A DNA stretch of 63,997 nt, the filler included, from Stramenopiles sp. TOSAG23-6 (Eukaryota), in the NCBI GenBank assembly GCA_900128565.1. It is 10 parts of 10 records of this genome, joined end to end, with 100 filler letters (N's around TTAATTAATTAA, not from the genome) between each part and the next. Parts side by side here need not be neighbours in the genome. Positions count along the whole stretch, not along the records: positions 51,399 to 57,703 come from LT636725.1; positions 57,804 to 63,997 come from LT636756.1; 8 more parts are not named here. One strand, written 5' to 3'. Numbering within the stretch: the first letter of the stretch is position 1; the number at the start of each line of letters is the position of its first letter. Shown here in pieces: positions 57,116 to 63,997 of the stretch. Both the position numbers and the translations under genes were made by a program. Below the pieces are notes generated by a model. That model saw nothing but the letters and a program-made list of their open reading frames with translations. It had not been told where the DNA came from and made no database searches.

Positions 57116-57650
57116 ATGCAGCAAATAGTGAATCCAATAAAAGCATTTGTTACATACAGCTTCAATTACAATAGAATCACAGTTCTTCATCCAACCACAG
57201 TGAGGGTATTTAGTAGTTCAAGCCCTGTCAATCCACTGTTGCTTGCAAACTTTTATAATTTCGTTGATCTTCCTGAGGCTGATACATCTTCAGCTGTTGA
57301 AGCATGGAAAGTACTTGCAGTTGAATATGACCTTCTTGGCACCATTTTAGTATCAACTGAAGGGTATAATGCAATGTTGTGTGGGAATCCTTCATCTATT
57401 CATAGTTTCTTGTCAAAGTTTCCTCTTGTCGGACCTCAAGTTCCACTTCCAGATGACATTCTTTTTTTCTGATGTTGACTTATCTTTGACGCAACCTCCA
57501 TTTACAAAAATGAAAGTATATTACAAACCTGAAATAGTGAAGCTGGGTATGACCTTAAATAATAACACTGGGCATGATTTAGATATATCCTCAAATAAAG
57601 ACACATATGTTAAATCTGAGGACTTTGATGATTTTGCTGCTCGTGATGAT
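57116..57650 (+). CDS. TSTD2/TrhO-like rhodanese protein, N-terminal part; apparent frameshift in the T run near 57465
   Basis: FYNFVDL, LLGTILVSTEGYNAML, PFTKMKVYYKPEIVKLG. Confidence 0.75.
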
Positions 57651-57703
57651 GTATGTTTTATTTTTTTTTCAAATTCGATTTTTTTTTCGTACGAAATTTT
57701 GTA
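57651..57703 (+). mobile_element. Repeated intron, 5' half at contig end
   Basis: GTATGTTTTA...TCGTACGAAATTTTGTA. Confidence 0.85.
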
Positions 57704-57803
57704 NNNNNNNNNNNNNNNNNNNNNNNNNNNNNNNNNNNNNNNNNNNNTTAATTAATTAANNNNNNNNNNNNNNNNNNNNNNNNNNNNNNNNNNNNNNNNN
57801 NNN

Positions 57804-57862
57804 GTTGTTTGGTTTATAGGTACTTGTTATTAATTCAAATAATCTAAATAAATTAAACATAC
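57804..57862 (-). mobile_element. Diverged intron, 5' part at contig end
   Basis: GTATGTTTAATT...AGTACCTATAAAC. Confidence 0.55.
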
Positions 57863-58347
57863 ACTAGTAGAACGAGTCAGAGACATTTCTACTTTATTAC
57901 CCGATTCACTGAATGATCGTCGTTTTTTTGAATGATTATTACGTAAATTGTTTGGTTCACTTTTTGTAGACGATGATGAATTTATTTTGGAAAAATATTT
58001 CAAAAAAAAAATTTTGTAAATTTGTTAGGTACAAAATTTCGTATGAAAAAAAAATATTTCAAAAAAAACTAAAAAAAATATTTCAAAAAAAAATAAATTC
58101 GAAATTGAACAAAAATAAAACATACATGTAATGTAATTGTACTTAATTTTGGAAAACTTTCCGATCGCGAATTTTTCCTTTTTTTAGTATAAGATTTATT
58201 ACTTGAAGTACTTTGACTACTTGATGAGATGACCATATTATTTTTTGTTGATGAATGATTTTGATCAAAAGTCTTTGTATCCGTGTTAGGGTTAGGNTTG
58301 TGAGTAGGGTTAGGGTTAGGGTTGTGAGTAGGAAACAATGATTTGTC

Positions 58348-58391
<44 letters not shown>

Positions 58392-59348
58392 CAAAAATAG
58401 TTGATGTTTCACCTAAATTATCTAAAAAAGTACAAATTTTTTGTTCTTCTTTAAGAAATTCTTTTGATAATTTTGACATTTCACTTATTTTTTTTTTATG
58501 TGTAGTTAGAGAATTCATTGCATTGGTTTGTTGACCTAAAGCTTCTTCCAATACTGATGTCGTTTGTCTTACATTTTCTTCCGCTACTCTAAAATTTTGA
58601 CGAGCTAAATTTAATTTCATTTGTGCTTGTTTTACATTTTCTGAAGTTTTATCAATTCTAGATTTTAAATTTTCTGATTCAGATGAAATAAGTTGTAAAG
58701 AAAATTGATTCACTTTATCCATTTGTTGATATTCTTTTAATTTAGTATAATGTACAACTAATCTCTTTTGGCAAATAGATGATAGAGCAACAAATGCCTC
58801 TTCAAAATCAGCTGTACGTAACTCTTCAGGGATCTTTTCTCGAATGACAAAAACTTTCGATGGTCCAAGATGCTTTTTGGAAAAATATTTGAAAAAAAAT
58901 TAAAAAAATTTTGTTAGGTACGAAATTTACTATAAAAAAAAATTCGATTTTTTTTTTTTTTAACCAAAAAAAAAATAAAACATACAGGACATGTTGTTGA
59001 GTCTTTGACTAATTCTTTCAACCAACGAAACACTTTTGATATATCGTCAACGGAATGTGTTGTTGTACAAAAGTGTAAAAGATGAGTAATTTTTTGTGAC
59101 AGAACGGATTCACTTGTACGGTGATCCTTTCGTAAATCTTCGCAAATTCGTTTCAAGTCTAACTGTGGGACAAAAAACTTATTTTGTAATTTTACTTGAG
59201 TGACAGGAGAAAGATCATTTGCTTTAAGATATTCTTCAAGCGCTGAACGCTCATATGTCTGTCCATCCGATGCTAACACTGGGTCTTTAAACAGCGCTTT
59301 AGTTAGTGGACAACACAAACTATTGGGATATTCTCGTTGATGAGCCAT
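57863..59348 (-). CDS. U-box domain protein with coiled coil and poly-Q; exons 59348-58986, 58869-58126, 57979-57863
   Basis: LCCPLTKALFKDPVLASDGQTYERSALEEYL...SPVT; frames are continuous after removing two family introns. Confidence 0.82.
57980..58125 (-). mobile_element. Repeated non-canonical intron (GT-AT), 146 nt, internally duplicated
   Basis: Ends CCAAAATAAAT; contains three GAAATATTTTT motifs. Confidence 0.8.
58285..58390 (+). repeat. TTAGGG-type repeats and a (TTG)n microsatellite inside CDS
   Basis: GTTAGGGTTAGG...TAGGGTTAGGGTTAGGG; about 14 TTG units encoding poly-Q. Confidence 0.85.
58870..58985 (-). mobile_element. Repeated non-canonical intron (GT-AT), 116 nt
   Basis: Ends CCAAAAAGCAT; joins TTCP|LGPSKVF in frame. 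Confidence 0.85.
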
Positions 59349-59733
59349 TTCGTCAGTTGTTTTTTATAACCCAAAGAGTATAAATAATATACAATTTGAT
59401 ATCTAGAACTAGTTGTTATAAATGTATAGAAAATAAGCTTTTGTTATTGTCCTGTTTTTGTTTTTGTTTGTTGGACAATCGTATTTATCTTTTTCCTTCT
59501 GCTGGCACCAACAGAAGAAAGAAAAATGATATATAAATATTCCTCCAAAAAAAAAAAAAAAACTGTTTTTTTTGGGACCTGTCCAAGCCAACAAGTCCCC
59601 AAAACTCGAACTGAAACACGTGGCTCGTGTGCTCTGTCAACACTCTCTTTGTTGTTGTCGTTGTGTGTAGTTTATTATATACCACGGGATCAAATTAGAG
59701 AGTTCTCTGCATTACTATTTATTCAATAATCTA

Positions 59734-60228
59734 ATGATTAATATTACGCAGTTTTGCTCGGTCACAAGTCGATCGGTATATACCCCAATATGTTCATCTC
59801 TTGCTATTCGTAACTTTGCCGTAGCTAAAAAGAAAAAGACAAAAAAAGGACGGCCGGGAGCAACTGGGAATGATGACCACAGTGGAAGTGACGGTTTAAG
59901 TACAGAGACAAAACGTCAAATGCTTGAGTTTCTTGATCCAGAAGGTCAGAATATTGATGAAAAACACTGGAAACCTCCCCCATTCACACCAGAGCAGAAA
60001 AAAATAAGAAATAACTATTTAGCAAAGTCATTTCTGAGAAAAAACTTCTGGGATAATGATATAACACGAAAAATCAATCTAAAACAACAAGCTATCCAAA
60101 GTCTTCCAACAAATTTAAGAAATCACGCTCTAGTCATTGATGAAGAAATGCCACCTGATGGGCTATTTACTATTCCAACATTTTATCCTCCAAAGGAAGG
60201 ATTTGAAATGTCAACCGATCAAACATAA
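59734..60228 (+). CDS. Probable mitochondrial ribosomal protein mL40
   Basis: Presequence-like N-terminus; KQQAIQSLP..LRNHAL..D...P....IPTFYPP. Confidence 0.65.
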   Translation: MINITQFCSVTSRSVYTPICSSLAIRNFAVAKKKKTKKGRPGATGNDDHSGSDGLSTETKRQMLEFLDPEGQNIDEKHWKPPPFTPEQKKIRNNYLAKSFLRKNFWDNDITRKINLKQQAIQSLPTNLRNHALVIDEEMPPDGLFTIPTFYPPKEGFEMSTDQT

Positions 60229-60392
60229 TAGTACCTAGGGTTAGGGTTATAAAAAAAAATATACAATTTTTACTTTATTTTTTTTTTTTGTTTTTTTTTG
60301 TTTTTTTTGTATAACATAGCTGATGAGATATTCACTTTTTTCATTATAAAAAGTAGAATGTAGAATGTTTTATAGAGGATTATAGAGATTGA

Positions 60393-63300
60393 CTATTGTC
60401 TATTTTTATGTCGATTTCGCCACATTCTTGAATCACGATATGTCTTTTTTTTGTTAGGGTTAGGGTGGTTAGGGTTAGGGTTGTTCATGTGTTCTATTTT
60501 TTTCGATAATTGTCTTGTATTTTCAATNTTATTTCGATTTTGTGATTTGTTTTTACTATTTTTTACTGTTTTTACTGTTTTTACTGTTTTTACTGTTTTT
60601 ACTATTTTTACTGTTTTTACTGTTTTTACTGTTTTAGTATTTTCTTCAGTTGGATTCAAAATTTCAATCGAAAATTTTGGAAGTATACATGATTTTGTGA
60701 AAAAAAATATTTCAATTTTTTTAAAATTGTTTTTTGTTAGATACAAAAAAAGATACAAAATGTACTACAAAAAAACATGTAAAATTGGATGTTGAAAACG
60801 TATTTGTTTTTGTCATGTTTACTTTTTTTTTAGTCTTTGTTTTTTGTGTATTTTCGATGATTTTTCTTGTTTTTCTAGGTACTGAAAAAGGTACAAAAAT
60901 TGTATCTTTTTTAGAACTTTTTGAACTTTTGATTGTATTTTTTATATTGCGTTTATTTCCACTATACGTAGGGTTAGGGTTAATTATTTCATTCTTTTTC
61001 TTATTGATTGTATTTATTGACATATCAATAGTATTAAGATGATTGTTTGATGAAACCCATGGGCACAAGTCATCATCATAAAAAGTAAGAGTAGGGTTAG
61101 GGGTATTATTCAGTGTCGTTGAATTTAGTCTACTTTCTTTCGTTTTGTTTGTCATTTTTTTGTTTTTTGGTTTTTGTGCCAATTTTGTTTTTTTTGTCTT
61201 TTTTGCTATGTTTGTAACATTGAAGTGGAATATTACATCTTTATTACAAATAGTATTACTATTTTTCATACTTTTCATTTCATTTTCAATATCATTTTCA
61301 ATATCATTTTCAATATCATTTTCAATATCATTTTCAATATTATTTTCAGTATCATTTTCAATATTATTTTCAATATTATTTTCAGTATCATTTTCAATAT
61401 TATTTTCAATATCATTTTCAATATTCTGTGTATTTAAAATAGTACAAATATGTTGCACCATATTCTCTGTATCAGATAAAGTTGCCCCAATGCATTTACC
61501 ATATACAACTCTTTTTGCTTTATAATTATTATGACATATTGGTCTTTGTATGGTTTTAGCTTTTTGGTGTATACCAAATATTGTAGATCTCATGTTTGAT
61601 CTATGTATATTCTGCTTTGATGATTTCAATCTTGATATAATTCTATTAGACCTTGTTTTGTTTTTTATAGAAGATTCTGTTGGTCGTTTCATCATTCGCA
61701 AAATTGTTCCTTGAAAACTAGATTGTTTATTGGTATACTTATTAGGTATCTCGTTGCACAAAAGTACTGTTTTGTCTTTTATTTTTACAGTTTTTAATTG
61801 TGTATATTTCCTATTTGCTCCATCAAGAGAATACTTTATTCTATTTTGTGTTTCTCCTTTTTCCAAATGTATAAATTGTGAATTTGTAGTTGATGAAAAA
61901 AGATGATGAACAACATCATCATATTTATTCTGTGAATTGTATCTTTGCTTTTCTTTTGTACATGTTGTACAATGATCTTTTTGATTTTTGTCTGTAGTAT
62001 CATTGCATTCATTCTCCTTTTTTACTTGACTATATGTATAATCTATTGATTTTTGTTTTTTCGTTGATACTGCTGATTGTTGTCCATAAGAAGCTAAATC
62101 TATTATGACTTTATGTTTGTGTTTGTTTCTGTATTTCGGTCTACTTGGATACAAGAAAGACGTTTCCTTTGATAATTCGATACTATTTGAAAAAGGTTTT
62201 GGATTTATCTTTGTGCCATTTAAAACGACACTATGTTGTATTACGTTTTTTAATGAACAAAAATCGATAAAAGTTTTATTTTCTTTTATGCAGGGTTTTG
62301 TTTTATGTCTTATTTTAGATCCTTTCATAGCGACGCGTTTTACTTTTGTTTTACTGTTGTTTTTTCGATGAATTTGATGTCTATCATTGGAACTAATTTT
62401 CCGCAAAGACACTTTATTCTGGTAATTTGTTTTTATTCTTTGATTCTTCTCTGTTGCACACAAAACTTTATTATGTTCAATAGATTTAATTGTGTTGTTA
62501 TTTGTGTCGATAGTAACAATACTATCTTCTTTGTCAGAAGATGTGTTATCATCAGTGACACAACTAGCTATTGTATCAGTATCATTCGATTGACAACTAG
62601 TTGTTGTATCAGTATCATCAGCGTCAGAACTAGTTGTTGTATCAGTATCATTAGATTGACAACTAGAAGTAGTTTTATTTTGGGTATCTTCCACAGATAA
62701 TTGTCGAAGAGTCTTATTCGATTTGTTAGCAGATTCTTTATTGTACACGACTACTTTCTTTTTCATTGGTGGTTTTGAATATTTTTGAATCGATGTGTTT
62801 AGATTCGTTTTTATCAACTGTTTCTTTTCACATTTGTCGTTGATTGAAGTTTTGTTTAATTGTTCATATTGTGTTTTAACTTCGGAGCGATTCATCTGTC
62901 CATGTATAGATGAATGTGAACTATCCTGGATATTGAAATTTGATGTTTTATATAAAGTTACAGGACTGGAAGAGGGAACATTTTTCGTGTCGTTTTTGCC
63001 GTAGATGTTGCGTGATATTCGTAATGGTAGACCATTGTTACTGATCGCCGAAAGTATTGTTTGAAGTCTGTGAGAACAGCGGCTTTTTGTTACATCTTGT
63101 CTACACTTTTGTTTATCCATATTTTGTAATATATTTCTGGTGTAATTTGTCTGCTGTTTGTCGCCTTTATTCTTTGCATATTTTCTAATTGCTGGATATG
63201 GTGCAATGTTTGCATTATTTAATCTTCGTTTTCCATGATGTCTTTTGAACTTCTTTACTTCAGGCTTCATCTGTATATTACGAAAACGGTGAAAAAGTTT

Positions 63301-63716
63301 TTCATTAGTTCGTTTCTCCACATCGNNNNNNNNNNNNNNNNNNNNCCATCATTTCGTTTACCATAATAAATTTGCCGCATATTATTATTCGTTTGAGAAT
63401 AAACTTCCCTCGGAATTTCTCTAGCCACCTCAGTGTTCGCAGAGTTAAAGTCTACAAATTCGGATGATGAACTCGATGCAGAGTCATTGTCCGTATTTGG
63501 ATAACTGTATTTGTTACAACGATACTTTTTTTTAGCTTCGTCATGTTCAACAAATGACGATGTTAATGCATGGAAATGAACATCACAAATTCCCTCATTT
63601 GTAGATGCATTATAAATATTCTTTGGTATGAAATGATTATTCTTTGAGTCAAGGTCATCGTCTACTTGTAGGTGATGTACATATAAAATAGGTAAATTTG
63701 AAATATTGTCAGTCAT
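60393..63716 (-). CDS. Long K/N/T-rich low-complexity protein; N gap at 63326-63345; intron 60689-60803
   Basis: 866 aa ORF plus flanking ORFs; IEND and KTV repeats. Confidence 0.55.
60689..60803 (-). mobile_element. Repeated non-canonical intron (AT-AT), 115 nt
   Basis: ATACGTTTT...GTATCTAAC...GAAATATTTTTTTTCACAAAATCAT; joins two ORFs in frame (MTKTSILPKF). Confidence 0.75.
61278..61425. repeat. 12-bp tandem repeat encoding IEND/IENN; a 9-bp TTTTTACTG repeat lies at about 60551-60635
   Basis: ATATCATTTTCA variants, about 12 copies. Confidence 0.9.
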
Positions 63717-63997
63717 TCCTTCAAATGTATCTCAGATATATAGTACACATCAACCTCTATAAGACATAAAATGCTTCAATCTAAAATTCTTTTGATAGAC
63801 TGTGAATTGTATATAATATGGAGATAGGTACTTGCTACCTTTAGTGTTCGATGTATTTAGGGTATCAGATAAGATTGCAGTTACGCACACCAATGACTCC
63901 TTTGTATGTCCTTAAAAACACGAAAAACAAAGAAAAATAAAATGGCACAAAAACCAAAAAACAAAAAAATGACAAACAAAACGAAAGAAAGTAGACT

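Noticed and set aside
57440-57480. Programmed frameshift in the rhodanese-like gene (similar breaks near 24635 and 95)
   Set aside because: The breaks fall in homopolymer runs, so indel errors are more likely.
6342-57803. Regularly spaced TTAATTAATTAA flanked by N runs every ~6.4 kb
   Set aside because: Artificial six-frame-stop linker joining length-sorted contigs; not biological periodicity.
4338-60803. Repeats read as a CRISPR array or bacterial REP/terminator elements
   Set aside because: Copies are dispersed inside eukaryotic genes, with no repeat-spacer array and no cas genes.
631-63004. Many short antisense or alternate-frame ORFs in the track (e.g. 33675-34307, 31412-32002, 61145-61525)
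   Set aside because: They are shadows of longer real genes or of low-complexity repeats, with no independent motifs.
61127-63997. Inverted copy of 61127-61181 at the end of the window
   Set aside because: Same end-of-contig chimera pattern; no transposase or target duplication.

Overview
AT-rich, gene-dense eukaryotic (protist, plausibly stramenopile; inference only) draft genome. The window is a concatenation of ten ~6.3 kb contigs joined by artificial 100-nt N/TTAATTAATTAA/N linkers, so neighbourhoods across linkers mean nothing. About 30 protein-coding genes are recognisable (DDX54, SerC, EndoG, ABCF, CPSF1, TXNDC9, SelO, calmodulin-like, PEX7, syntaxin, importin-7, PDK1 PH, PhyH, U-box, mL40 and others). 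The dominant signal is about 23 copies of a near-identical ~90-115 nt element that interrupts coding sequence, always in the sense orientation of the host gene. Its consensus is 5'-RTAYGTTTT...TTTTCGTACGAAATTTTGTACCTAAC...GAAATATTTTTCCAAAATACAT-3'. Removing it restores conserved protein motifs, but it does not end in AG: of 13 complete non-chimeric copies, 10 end in AT, 2 in GT and 1 in TC, and three copies begin with AT instead of GT. It looks like an introner-type (transposon-derived) family of non-canonical GT-AT / AT-AT introns. The branch-to-3'-end distance (mostly 33-36 nt) and an upstream AATAT(T) motif are shared with the two canonical GT-AG introns, suggesting AG-independent 3' splice-site choice. 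Secondary findings: SelO with a UGA-Sec C-terminus and a candidate SECIS, a PCD/hydroxyacid-dehydrogenase fusion, a SAP30/ING-PHD fusion, and interstitial TTAGGG repeats. All splice junctions are inferred from reading frame and homology, not from transcripts.
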